Part shown: positions 50,862-60,361 of the stretch, piece by piece
Layout: each line of letters starts with the position of its first letter
Position numbering within the stretch: the stretch's first letter is position 1
NCBI GenBank assembly: GCA_947168565.1
Contig: CAMVMM010000010.1
Span: forward strand, 9,278-73,277
Source of the DNA: an uncultured Clostridia bacterium
Lineage (GTDB): Bacteria > Bacillota > Clostridia > Christensenellales > CAG-138
DNA: 64,000 bases
Reading direction: 5' to 3'
Program-made: the position numbers and the translations under genes
The notes under the pieces: generated by a model
Seen by the model: the letters and a program-made list of their open reading frames with translations, nothing else
What the model was told of the DNA's origin: nothing
Databases searched by the model: none

Positions 50862-53072
50862 ATGAAAAAGCTGCGTTCCCTTTGCGCCGTGCTTGCGGCG
50901 GTTCTTATTATGGCGGCATTCGTGCCGGCGGCGCTTGCAGCAGCTCCCTCGGACGGCGCTGCTGATTACCAAATAGTGCCCGCTGCGGGCGACGGCGTTT
51001 CGCTTTCATACGATGAAAGCGCATTCAGCCTCAGGCTGCTGCCGATGTACGGCCTTTTGCGCATAGAGGAGAATAAAACCCTCACCCTGACCGCAAGCTT
51101 TGAGGAGGGGTGGAGCTATAACGGGCAGTACACCAATTTCTTTCGCTCTCATTCGGAGCGCGTCAGCGTTTCAAACGGCGCGAACGGCGCAAAGGTTTTC
51201 ACCTTCAGCGCGGTGCGCGGCGAGTTTTTGACCGAGGATGAGCTCTGCACCGTGGGCATCTACGCTTCCCCGGCGGAGCTGCCCAGGCTTTCCATCACGG
51301 CGGAGCTGCCCTTTTCGCAGATAGATAAGCAAACCTGGGTGAATGCAAGCTTCACGCTCACCCTCGGCACGAAGCGGTTTTCAAGCGGCGATTTTGAGGG
51401 CACCGGCGCAATCAAGGGCAGGGGCAACACCTCCTGGGGGCAGCCGAAAAAGCCCTATTCCATAAAGCTGGATTCCAAAAAATCACTTCTGGATATTCCC
51501 AAAACCAAGAAATACGCGATAGTTCCCGGTTATTCCGATCCTTCGTTTATCCGCAATTACATGACCTATAAGGCGGGGCTGATGCTGGACGGCATAGGCT
51601 ACGTGCCGAAATGCGAATTTGTTGAGGTTTATCTGAACGGCAGCTACAACGGCATATATCTGCTTGTGGAGCGCGTGGATATAGAATCAAACAAGATAGA
51701 TATCGAGGAGGCCACGACGGACGAGCTGACCGGCGGCTACCTTATTGAAAAGGACGTGCGCGATAAGATAGATTTTTCAAGCGATCTGTGGTTCGATTGC
51801 CCCTATTGGGCGAATCAGGGGCAGGATTATTTCGTGCTGAAGGCGCCCGAGCCCGATGATGCGGCGCTGGCGGACCGTATGAGGCAGTACCTTGCCGCGC
51901 ACATGGTGAAGGTGCATAATGCGATAACGGGCGCAAGCTCCGAAAGCTACACGCAGTACGTGGACACAGCCTCGTGGATAGACTTCATGATAGTGCAGGA
52001 GCTTTCCAAGAATATAGACGGCAATATGAAAACAAGCTGCTATATGTATAAGCAGGCGCAGGACGATAAGCTTTACTTCACCGCGCCGTGGGATTTCGAC
52101 CTTGCGTACGGCAACCCCGAGACCACGTGGAACAACGCGGACTATACCCATAACGATTATTACGACTGCCCGGACGCGACCGGCACGGCGGATTTCATGG
52201 CGATAAACAGCTCCGCCCCGTGGTTCGACAGGCTCTATGACGATCACGAGGAGTTCCGCACCGCGCTGATGGAGAAATACGCGGAGTACAGGCGCAGCAT
52301 GATCCCCGCAATGATGGCCATGATGGATTCGCAGGGCGCGTACCTTTCCGCCGCTATGCCGCGGGATGAGGCGCTCTGGCACAGGGGCTTTCATCAGGGG
52401 CTTGCGGCGCTTCGAAGCTGGTTCGCCGGCAGGGTGGCGTGGCTTGATTCGCAGTGGATCGAAAGCGAGCCGATAGACCTTGATTTTGCGCTCAACCGCG
52501 AGGGCGGCAGCCTGCACTTCGTTACCTCGCAGCAGCATCCCTTCACGGGAGCCGTGGCGGACGGCAGGATAGCGGCCGTCAGCGGCATAGCGGGTGTGGA
52601 CGGTGCGCATTCAAGCCTGACGCTCACCCTCGATATGCTGGAGGGCGAAACGCTGAGCTTCGAGCATAAATACAGCACCGAGCCCGGCTACGATAATTTC
52701 ACCTTCGCCGTGAACGGCGAGAACCGCTTCACCTATTCCGGCTCGGCGGACTGGCAGAGCTACACCTTCACTGCGGATCGGAGCGGGAGCTATACCTTTG
52801 AATGGAAGTATGAAAAGGATGGTTCCGTGGGCAGCGGAAGCGACTGCGTGTGGATAGACGAGGTCGCGTATTCCGGCGATCAGCTCGGCGCGCTTGCGGG
52901 CGATGCGGACGCAAACGGCGTGGTGAACGTGGCGGACGCGCTGCTCGTGATGCGCTGCGCCATGGGGCTTGAAAGCTCCGTTCCATCGTTTAATAATGCG
53001 GATATGGACGGGGACGGCGAGCTGACCATGGCCGATGCGGTGGCGATACTGCGCATGGCGCTTGAGGCGTAG
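50862..53072 (+). CDS. secreted CotH kinase-fold protein with C-terminal jelly-roll-like module and dockerin
   Basis: Signal peptide. GRGNTSWGQPKKPYSIKLD and YLNGSYNGIYLLVERV (CotH). GDADANGVVNVADALLVMRCAMGL / ADMDGDGELTMADAVAILRMALEA. RBS AGGAGG precedes ATG 50862. Confidence 0.88.
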   Translation: MKKLRSLCAVLAAVLIMAAFVPAALAAAPSDGAADYQIVPAAGDGVSLSYDESAFSLRLLPMYGLLRIEENKTLTLTASFEEGWSYNGQYTNFFRSHSERVSVSNGANGAKVFTFSAVRGEFLTEDELCTVGIYASPAELPRLSITAELPFSQIDKQTWVNASFTLTLGTKRFSSGDFEGTGAIKGRGNTSWGQPKKPYSIKLDSKKSLLDIPKTKKYAIVPGYSDPSFIRNYMTYKAGLMLDGIGYVPKCEFVEVYLNGSYNGIYLLVERVDIESNKIDIEEATTDELTGGYLIEKDVRDKIDFSSDLWFDCPYWANQGQDYFVLKAPEPDDAALADRMRQYLAAHMVKVHNAITGASSESYTQYVDTASWIDFMIVQELSKNIDGNMKTSCYMYKQAQDDKLYFTAPWDFDLAYGNPETTWNNADYTHNDYYDCPDATGTADFMAINSSAPWFDRLYDDHEEFRTALMEKYAEYRRSMIPAMMAMMDSQGAYLSAAMPRDEALWHRGFHQGLAALRSWFAGRVAWLDSQWIESEPIDLDFALNREGGSLHFVTSQQHPFTGAVADGRIAAVSGIAGVDGAHSSLTLTLDMLEGETLSFEHKYSTEPGYDNFTFAVNGENRFTYSGSADWQSYTFTADRSGSYTFEWKYEKDGSVGSGSDCVWIDEVAYSGDQLGALAGDADANGVVNVADALLVMRCAMGLESSVPSFNNADMDGDGELTMADAVAILRMALEA

Positions 53073-53110
53073 TATAAAACGGAAAAACGATAGAGAGTAT
53101 GCAATAATGA

Positions 53111-53139
53111 ATGACCGCCGGAGCGAAACCGGCGGTCAT
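53111..53139. terminator. hairpin between convergent genes
   Basis: ATGACCGCCGG-agcgaaa-CCGGCGGTCAT. No clear U-tract on either strand. Confidence 0.45.
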
Positions 53140-53203
53140 GCTTAACTTAAAAACGATACTGTATTGGGATCAAATTCTGCCGCACAAAGCCCGCGGGGAG
53201 GCA

Positions 53204-54496
53204 TTATTCCTCGTTGAAATAATGCAGCACCAGCGCATCCAGCGCGGCCTGATCCTTTGCGCCCATCGTTTCGCGGCAGGAGTGCATGGCAAGCATAGGC
53301 ACGCCCACGTCCGCCGTGCTCATGCCGAGCTGCGAAGCGGCGTAGGAGCCGAGTGTGCCGCCGCCGCGCAGGTCGGGGCGGTTCATATAGTGCTGAAGCG
53401 GAATATCGTGCTTTTTGCAGATGCTTTCGATTATGCCTATGCCGCGCGCCTCGGTTGCGTAGCGCTGCTCATAGTTCATCTTGAGGGAAACGCCCTTGTT
53501 AAGCTCGCTCGCGCTCGTGCCGTCCGCAAGCTCCGCATGGTTCGGGTGCTTCGCGTGCGCCACGTCGCAGGAGAGCATGAAGCCGCCCGTGAGCGAATCT
53601 ATGTATTCGCTTCTTGACGCGCCAAGCGCGAGGGCGATCTTTTCAAGGATCATGCCGAGGGTGGAGCTGTTCGCGCCCTGCTTGGTGCCGGAGCCGACCT
53701 CCTCGTTGTCGAAAAGCACCGCCGCGCACACGCCGCGCTTTGCGCCGCAGCCCATGATGCCGGAAAGGATCGCGTAGGTGGAGGTGATATTATCCAGCCT
53801 TGCGGAGGTGAGCAGGCTTTCATCAAAGCCGCAGAGCACCGGCTTTTCGGTGTTGTAAAGGCAAAGATCGTAGCTCAATACGTCCGCCTCGTCAACGCCC
53901 ATGAGCTCGGCAAGCTTTTTAAGGAAATAGCCGTCCTTATTGAAATCCTTTTCGATGCTGGCGCAGATGGGCAGCATATCCTTGTTGGGATTGAGCGCCA
54001 CGCCCTTGTTTACCTCGCGGTTGAGGTGGATGGCAAGATTGGGTATGGTGAGAATGGGCTTTTCAAAATCCACAAGCCTGCGCTCGGGCTCAAGCACGTT
54101 TTCGGATCTGAGCGTCACAAGACCCGCCGCCGAAAGGGGACGGTCCAGCCAGGTGGCGTGGATCATGCCGCCGTAGGGCTCTATGCTCAGCTTCAGGCAG
54201 CCGCCGGAAGCCTGCTCCGGCGAGGGCTTGATATAGTAGCAGGGCCAGTCGGTGTGGCTTGCGGCAAGGCGGAAGGGGTCGCCGTTTTCGTATTCCGAGC
54301 CAACGTGAAACGCTATTACCATGGTGCCGAAGCATTTAACGTAGTAGTCCTTGCCCTTTTTAAGCTCCCACGCGCCGCGCTGATCGAGCATGGTGAAGCC
54401 CGCTTCGTCCAGCATGCGCATGGCCTCCGCCGCCGTGTGATAGGGCGAAACGGAGCGCTCAAGCAGGGAGATAAGACCGTTGATACTCTTTTCCAT
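53204..54496 (-). CDS. M18 family aminopeptidase (aspartyl aminopeptidase-like)
   Basis: SVSPYHTAAEA, HTDWPC, LAIHLNREVN, SARLDN, DVAHAxHPN-type motifs. Start at ATG 54496 after GGAGG. Confidence 0.9.
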   Translation of the reverse strand: MEKSINGLISLLERSVSPYHTAAEAMRMLDEAGFTMLDQRGAWELKKGKDYYVKCFGTMVIAFHVGSEYENGDPFRLAASHTDWPCYYIKPSPEQASGGCLKLSIEPYGGMIHATWLDRPLSAAGLVTLRSENVLEPERRLVDFEKPILTIPNLAIHLNREVNKGVALNPNKDMLPICASIEKDFNKDGYFLKKLAELMGVDEADVLSYDLCLYNTEKPVLCGFDESLLTSARLDNITSTYAILSGIMGCGAKRGVCAAVLFDNEEVGSGTKQGANSSTLGMILEKIALALGASRSEYIDSLTGGFMLSCDVAHAKHPNHAELADGTSASELNKGVSLKMNYEQRYATEARGIGIIESICKKHDIPLQHYMNRPDLRGGGTLGSYAASQLGMSTADVGVPMLAMHSCRETMGAKDQAALDALVLHYFNEE

Positions 54497-54568
54497 ATTG
54501 ACCTCCAAATTATAATATAATCGTGAATAAATCGCTGTTTGTTTAATGAAACAAACCAAGCAGCCGCG

Positions 54569-56533
54569 TCAGCGCCCCGAATACCTTCTTGCGTTTCTCA
54601 GGCGCCTTGAGCTCTTTCTGCCGCGCACTATGATAAGCCTTAAAACTATCAGCGCCGCGAGCACGAGGATGAGGATAATTATCCAGAAAAGCACGCCGCT
54701 TGAGCCCTTGAGCGAAAGAAATCTTGAGGCGTTGCTGATGCGGTAGCCGTTTGCATGGCTCTCAAAGCGCCATATCATGCCGTCGTTCACGCCGTCGGTG
54801 ATAAGCCCGCCCGAGCCGAGCGTTACGGGTACTCCGGCAAGGGAGCCGCCGGACGCGCCGGTTGAGAGCGCAAGTCCATCGGAAACTATAACGTACTCCG
54901 CGCCGTCCGCCACGTGGTCCTCGCGCCGGTAGTAGGCCTCGCCGTTGCTGTCGAAATACCTTCTGTAAAGCGAAAGCCCGCCCGCCTTGTCCTCGGAGGC
55001 GGAGGTGCGGAAAACGGTGCCTGTGGAATAAAGATAATTCCAATCCCTGCTGCTCTTTGTGTAAAGGCTTTTATCGTAATAAAGCCAGGTGGAGCTGCTT
55101 TCGCCGCCGGGCTCGGAGGAAAGCGAGAGCGCGGTTATCCTGCCGCTGCCGGGCGGGGGAGTGACGGAAACGAACGCCGTTTCGCGCGGCTCTATATTAA
55201 CGTCCGAGGCGGAGGCAACGTCCCTTTGCGCAATAAGGTTTGCGCGGATGAACGCTCCGTCGTAAAAATGATAGTCCACATAGCCCACAACGTCGCCCTT
55301 TCTGATGGGCGCAACGGAGTAATCCGGATTCACAACCGTTGTGATCTTTGCGGGATCCTCCATATATTCGCGCACGGTGGTGTACGCGCCCGTGATGGAA
55401 AGCCCCGCTATATCAGCTTCGGCGGTGAACACGCCCTTTTCCGCGTCGAAGGGGGAATGGTTTTCGGCGGTCAGCTCGAATTGGGTCTGAACGTCAAATT
55501 CCGAAAGGGCGTAGGCGCGGTAGTTTTCAAAGCCCCAGTCGTAGATCTGAGGAGCGGTTTGGTAGCGGTAGTAGGAGGTGTTTTCCGTGTTGCTGTCCCC
55601 AAATTGAACGAGGATGAGCGTCACGCCGTCCTTCCTCGCCGCGCTCACAAGGCAGTAGCCCGCGTCGTTCGTTTCGCCGGTTTTTCCGCCGATGCAGCAA
55701 TCATACAAGTAGCTTTCCGTGTCGGAGGATTTTTTGCAGATAAGGCGGTTTGAATTTTCCAGATAAAAGCCGTTCGGGTGAATGTTTGTGGGCGCCACCT
55801 GATACGTGGGGGTTGCGATTATCTGCGCCACGGTGGGGTTTTTCAGCGCCGCGCCCATCAAAACGGCAAAATCACGCGCGGTGGTGCAGTGCTCCTGCTC
55901 GTGCCTGCCGTCCACCGTCACAAAATTGGTGGAATTCATGCCAAGCTCCCGCGCCTTTGCGTTCATAAGGCTCACAAAAAGGGAAACCGAGTCCGCCGGA
56001 TCTATCCAGGAGCCGAAATGCTCGTATGCCGTTTCTATCGCAACAGCCTTCGCCGCGTCGTTTCCGGAGCGCAGCAGCATGCCGTATAAAAGGTCTATGA
56101 GCGAGATCTGCTCGCCCACCTCAAGCCCCATGAGCGAGCTTTTCGGGCCGAAGCCCACCACGGGGCGCCAGCCGAGGGTAATGACCTTGTTCAGATCGGG
56201 CAGGTTTTCAACCGCCACAAGCGCGCTCATCAGCTTGGTTGTGCTTGCGGGGAAGCAGCGCTTTTCGCCGTTTCGTGAGTAGAGCAGCGCGCCCGTGTCC
56301 GCCTCTATAAGGTAAAGATAGGGCGTGGTGATATGCTCAAACGGGTCCGCCTCCTCGTCGATGGGCGCGGGGGTGGGCATATCCTGTGCGGGGCCTTCCG
56401 ATTGCTGCGCGCTCGCGGGCGTGTTTTCGGCGGCTTCCCCTTCGGATCCGCCTTCCCGCTCCGCAAGCGAGCCGATTGCAAACGAAAGCAGCATCAGCAC
56501 GGCGATGATTATGGATAATAAGCGTTTTTTCAT
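54569..56533 (-). CDS. D-alanyl-D-alanine carboxypeptidase (S11, PBP5-like) with a long C-terminal extension and C-terminal TM anchor
   Basis: SxxK (PASTTK), SGN (RSGNDAA) and KTG (GGKTGET). About 270 extra residues, then LFWIIILILVLAALIVLRLII. Confidence 0.88.
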   Translation of the reverse strand: MKKRLLSIIIAVLMLLSFAIGSLAEREGGSEGEAAENTPASAQQSEGPAQDMPTPAPIDEEADPFEHITTPYLYLIEADTGALLYSRNGEKRCFPASTTKLMSALVAVENLPDLNKVITLGWRPVVGFGPKSSLMGLEVGEQISLIDLLYGMLLRSGNDAAKAVAIETAYEHFGSWIDPADSVSLFVSLMNAKARELGMNSTNFVTVDGRHEQEHCTTARDFAVLMGAALKNPTVAQIIATPTYQVAPTNIHPNGFYLENSNRLICKKSSDTESYLYDCCIGGKTGETNDAGYCLVSAARKDGVTLILVQFGDSNTENTSYYRYQTAPQIYDWGFENYRAYALSEFDVQTQFELTAENHSPFDAEKGVFTAEADIAGLSITGAYTTVREYMEDPAKITTVVNPDYSVAPIRKGDVVGYVDYHFYDGAFIRANLIAQRDVASASDVNIEPRETAFVSVTPPPGSGRITALSLSSEPGGESSSTWLYYDKSLYTKSSRDWNYLYSTGTVFRTSASEDKAGGLSLYRRYFDSNGEAYYRREDHVADGAEYVIVSDGLALSTGASGGSLAGVPVTLGSGGLITDGVNDGMIWRFESHANGYRISNASRFLSLKGSSGVLFWIIILILVLAALIVLRLIIVRGRKSSRRLRNARRYSGR

Positions 56534-56932
56534 ACGCATACCTCATGGCATTCTTGAAACTGCGGCGCGGTTCGCCGCATGGATACACAAAATAAATTAT
56601 ATCATTTATCGCTCCGCTTGTACATAGCGAAAATCTTGAAAAACCGACTTATATATAATAATAAGCGGCGGAAAACGCGGAAAAACCGCGATTCGGTTCA
56701 AAAACGAGCGCGTGCGGGCGGAATGCCGTTCGAATCGGGGCGTTCGGTGCAGGATAGTATAATCTGCGCCACCGGCACGAAAATACGCTCGGGCGGACAA
56801 TTTGGCACTTTTTTTCGCGCGCACAAGGTGATATAATAACAGGATAAAAGGCGGCGCCGGCAGCACGGCGCGAAGCCGTGAAAAGAAAGTGAAAACCAAA
56901 AGGAATATTAAAAGGAATACTTAAACCGAGGA

Positions 56933-58171
56933 ATGAAAGCAGGAAAACTCTTTTGTCTTTTGAAAAAATCAAGGCGCGTTTCGGCGCTGCTCCTTGCCGC
57001 GCTCTTTGCGGCGGGCTCGCTTTGCGCGTGTGCGGCAGGCGACGTCAACGGCGGCTTCACGCCCGATCCGGGCAAGGCGTTTGAATCTCCAAGGCCCCTT
57101 CCCACGGCTGCATTTACCGCCTCCCCCACCGAGGAGGCAACGGCTGAGCCCACGCCCGCCGTTACGGATGCGCCCGCGCCGGAGCCGGCGGAGCTTGAGG
57201 CGGCCTTCCGCGATATCAAGCTTCCCGCCGATGTGAAGCACGATTATTTTGCCATTCCGGGCGAGCTGCTTGCGCTTATGACCGAGGGTGATCGGGAGAT
57301 GTACAGGCGCGTTGCGCTTGCGTATTTTTCCGGCGAGAGCGAGGCGGAGATACCGCAGGGCATAGGCGAGTTTCCGAACCTTTGGCGCGTTGTGGATATG
57401 TATTTCCCGCTCTTTTTCGAGGATGTGGATGATGAAAGCATAGCCGTGAAGCATGGCAGGATCGTTTGGGAATACAAGGGCAGCGCGAAGGAGCATGAAA
57501 AAACCATCCGCGATTTTGAAGCGAGGGTGGACGAGCTGCTTGCGCCTGTGCGCGAGAGCGACAGCTTCATCATGCAGGTGCTCACGCTGTATCAGCATTT
57601 CACTTCCGGCATTGTTTACAACGGCATCGGGCTGGACGGGGTGGACCGCAACGAGCCGCCGTATCTGTACGATCACGCGGCGGACGCGATAATGCGCAAT
57701 ACCGGCGTTTGCTGGTGCTTTGCGCGGGCTTATAATTTCCTTCTTTGCCAGATCGGCGCGAAGTCGCTGACCGTTCACGGCCTCAGAAGGGGCGACGGCG
57801 CCATCCATGAATGGACGGTGTTCAGATTCAAGGATAAATGGCGCTATGCCGACCCCACTTGGGATCTTGGCGGAAATGCGCTCAATTTCTTCGGCTTCAC
57901 TTGCGTCACAAGGGAGATGGACGGCTATCCCGAGCAGGACGTTTCCGTGCTGGAGGGGCACAGCCTTCGCGCCTCAAAATATTTCGAGGTGACGGACACC
58001 TTCTATAAGTCGCTCTACACCGGAATGTGCTCGGGCGAGTGGTACGAGCTGGACCATGAAAACGGGCAGATTGTGTTTTACGAAACTGATTACAGCATTT
58101 TCTCTCAGCCCACGCCGAAAGAGCACTGCCGGTTCGATCCCGAAACGGCGGAGTATCAGTTCTTTGATTGA
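56933..58171 (+). CDS. lipoprotein with transglutaminase-like (Cys-His-Asp) core
   Basis: Signal plus AAGSLCAC. Pro/Thr/Ala linker. GVCWCFARAY ... HEWTVF ... ADPTWD is spaced like a TGase/papain-like triad. Confidence 0.7.
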   Translation: MKAGKLFCLLKKSRRVSALLLAALFAAGSLCACAAGDVNGGFTPDPGKAFESPRPLPTAAFTASPTEEATAEPTPAVTDAPAPEPAELEAAFRDIKLPADVKHDYFAIPGELLALMTEGDREMYRRVALAYFSGESEAEIPQGIGEFPNLWRVVDMYFPLFFEDVDDESIAVKHGRIVWEYKGSAKEHEKTIRDFEARVDELLAPVRESDSFIMQVLTLYQHFTSGIVYNGIGLDGVDRNEPPYLYDHAADAIMRNTGVCWCFARAYNFLLCQIGAKSLTVHGLRRGDGAIHEWTVFRFKDKWRYADPTWDLGGNALNFFGFTCVTREMDGYPEQDVSVLEGHSLRASKYFEVTDTFYKSLYTGMCSGEWYELDHENGQIVFYETDYSIFSQPTPKEHCRFDPETAEYQFFD

Positions 58172-58189
58172 GAAAAGCGGGCAAACACC

Positions 58190-58948
58190 ATGAACACGGA
58201 TACGGAGCTGATCAAAAAACGCTTTTCGGAGCTTGCAAAAAGGGCGGATAACAAGGGCATCTTTACCTACACGCCCTTTCTCGGCCTTGCCGAGCAGGAC
58301 GCGCTTTTTAGAATGAGGCGCGAGATTGCGTTCATTCCGCACGAAGCGTTCGGCGGCTCTGCGGGCTGCGAAAGGGTTATGGTGCGCTTCGGAAACGCAC
58401 AGACCCTCGGCTATGACGAGCCGTTTCCGATAAAACTGCTTTTCGCAGAGCCATTGAGCGCAAAATTTGCGGATAAGCTCACGCACCGCGATTTCCTCGG
58501 GGCGCTGATGGGGCTTGGTATAGAGCGCGAAACGATAGGGGACATTGTGCTTCGTGAAAACCGCGCATACATCTTCTGCGCGGAAACGATGGCGGAGCAT
58601 ATCAAAGAAAGCTTCACAAAAGCGAAGCATACCGACCTGAAGGTCAGCTTTGCCGAAAGCCTGCCCGAGGGCGCGCTTTACAGGCTGTCTCCCGCCGAGC
58701 TGACCATCGCAAGCGAAAGGCTGGACTGCATCATAGCCGCATACGCCAGGCTCTCAAGGGGCGACGCGGCGGAGCTTATAGGCAAGGGGCTCGTTTTCGT
58801 AAACGGAGCGCAGATCGAAAGCGGCTCAAAAACCGTTCCGGAAAACAGCATCGTTTCCGTGCGCGGCTACGGCAGATTCATTCTAAGAGAGCAGGCGCGA
58901 AGAACGCGAAAGGACAGGCTCGTGGTGCGGATAGAAAAATATGAATAG
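58190..58948 (+). CDS. YlmH-like RNA-binding protein with S4 domain
   Basis: N-terminal FTYTPFLGLAEQDAL and C-terminal S4-like RLDCIIAAYARLSRGDAAELIGKGLVFVNG. Confidence 0.75.
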   Translation: MNTDTELIKKRFSELAKRADNKGIFTYTPFLGLAEQDALFRMRREIAFIPHEAFGGSAGCERVMVRFGNAQTLGYDEPFPIKLLFAEPLSAKFADKLTHRDFLGALMGLGIERETIGDIVLRENRAYIFCAETMAEHIKESFTKAKHTDLKVSFAESLPEGALYRLSPAELTIASERLDCIIAAYARLSRGDAAELIGKGLVFVNGAQIESGSKTVPENSIVSVRGYGRFILREQARRTRKDRLVVRIEKYE

Positions 58949-59369
58949 CAAGGGAGCATGCAAAATGATAGAGTATAAACTGTTGACGGCGGACGATATG
59001 CCGAAAGGCAAGCGCCTGTATGAAGCATTGGGCTGGACGGCTTACCTTGGCGACGACGAATGCCTGCACCGCGCGTGGGAGAAGTCGCTTTTTGCTCTCG
59101 GTGCTTTTGACGGCGGCGAGCTCGTGGGCTTCGTTCGGTGCATAGGGGATGGCGAGCATACCGTGCTGATACAGGATCTTATCGTATTGGAGGAGTATCA
59201 GCGCAAGGGGATCGGCAGAACGCTGATGGAAGCCGTGTTTGAAAAATATGCTTCCGTGCGCCAAAAGTTCGTTGTAACGGGCGCGGACACGCCTGCCGTG
59301 CAGTTTTACCGCGCTCTTGGGCTGTATTCGCTTGAGCAGGGCGGTATGCTGGCGTTTTTTAAGCTCTGA
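58941..59369 (+). CDS. GNAT family N-acetyltransferase
   Basis: 142 aa. LIVLEEYQRKGIGRTLMEAV acetyl-CoA binding motif (Q/RxxGxG/A). Confidence 0.85.
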   Translation: MNSKGACKMIEYKLLTADDMPKGKRLYEALGWTAYLGDDECLHRAWEKSLFALGAFDGGELVGFVRCIGDGEHTVLIQDLIVLEEYQRKGIGRTLMEAVFEKYASVRQKFVVTGADTPAVQFYRALGLYSLEQGGMLAFFKL

Positions 59370-59462
59370 TTGCGCATCGGCTGTGGACTTATCCTGCGCA
59401 AGCAGGTATGAATCAAGCAATAATCCTTGTTTTACAGGTAAAAACGCCGAAGGAGGGAATAT

Positions 59463-59687
59463 ATGAAAAAAGCGCTGCTGATATTCGGAATCATTCTTAT
59501 AGCCGCGGGCGTTTTGGCGCTGCTTTTTGCCGCCGTCAACAGGTTCGGCTATTATAATCTGCTCGACGGCTCATCCGAACAATACGCCGCGCTGCGCCGA
59601 AGGATGAATATTTCCTTTATCGCCGGGCTTGCGCTTGCTTCGCTCGGCGCGGCCTGCCTTTTCATTCGCACAAGGCTGCAAGGCTGA
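59463..59687 (+). CDS. small two-TM membrane protein, unknown function
   Basis: 74 aa with two hydrophobic helices. RBS GGAGGG lies upstream. Confidence 0.6.
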   Translation: MKKALLIFGIILIAAGVLALLFAAVNRFGYYNLLDGSSEQYAALRRRMNISFIAGLALASLGAACLFIRTRLQG

Positions 59688-59704
59688 AAACGGAAGGGGA
59701 AAAC

Positions 59705-60238
59705 ATGGTTATTTGGATAAGCGGCCCGTACGGCGTGGGCAAATCCACGCTTGCCGAGGCTTTGGCGGGAAAAATGGAAAACGCACTTATCTTCGATGCG
59801 GAGCAGGTCGGCAACGCGGTTCGAGGAAGCTATCCCGATTGTCCCTACGGCTATATCTTCGAGGATTACCCGCTCTGGGGCGAATTCTGCGTTCGCCTTA
59901 TCTGCGACGTACACGAAAAATTCAATAAGGATATTCTCGTTCCGATGACGCTTTTGCGGGAAGAATCCTTCTCCATCATTGAAAAGCTGCGCCAAGCGGG
60001 TATAAAAACCGAGCTTATAGTGCTCGAAGCCTCGCATAAAACCGTTCACGACCGCATCCTGAAGAGGGGCGAGGAGGAGGGCTGCTGGTGCATGGAGAAT
60101 ATCGAGCTTTCAAGGCATGGGAGCGCCGCGCTGGACGGAGTGCATATCGAAACCGATGGAAGAACCGTTGAGGAATTGGCGGAGGAAGCGCTTGCGGCGC
60201 TCGGCGCGGCCTGCATCCTTATTCGATCAAAAATATAG
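59705..60238 (+). CDS. TmrB-like P-loop ATP-binding protein
   Basis: MVIWISGPYGVGKSTLAEAL..., YPLWGEF, ILVPMTLL, LRQAGI. These are collinear with my recollection of B. subtilis TmrB. Confidence 0.7.
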   Translation: MVIWISGPYGVGKSTLAEALAGKMENALIFDAEQVGNAVRGSYPDCPYGYIFEDYPLWGEFCVRLICDVHEKFNKDILVPMTLLREESFSIIEKLRQAGIKTELIVLEASHKTVHDRILKRGEEEGCWCMENIELSRHGSAALDGVHIETDGRTVEELAEEALAALGAACILIRSKI

Positions 60239-60361
60239 CTTTTTCAGCTAAACTGAAATCGCATTGAAACCGAAATCGGCGCGGTTTTATGGTTGGAAAA
60301 ATTTGATCGACTGACAGCAAAAACGAAAACAGATAATAATATATGAACGGAGGAAAAGAAA

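Noticed and set aside
56540-56932. A 390-bp intergenic region between the PBP5-like and TGase-like genes as a possible ncRNA locus.
   Set aside because: It contains -10-like hexamers (TATAAT at about 56757 and about 56833) and a short hairpin (CGCGG-aaaaa-CCGCG). There is no convincing promoter-terminator pair and no extended structure.
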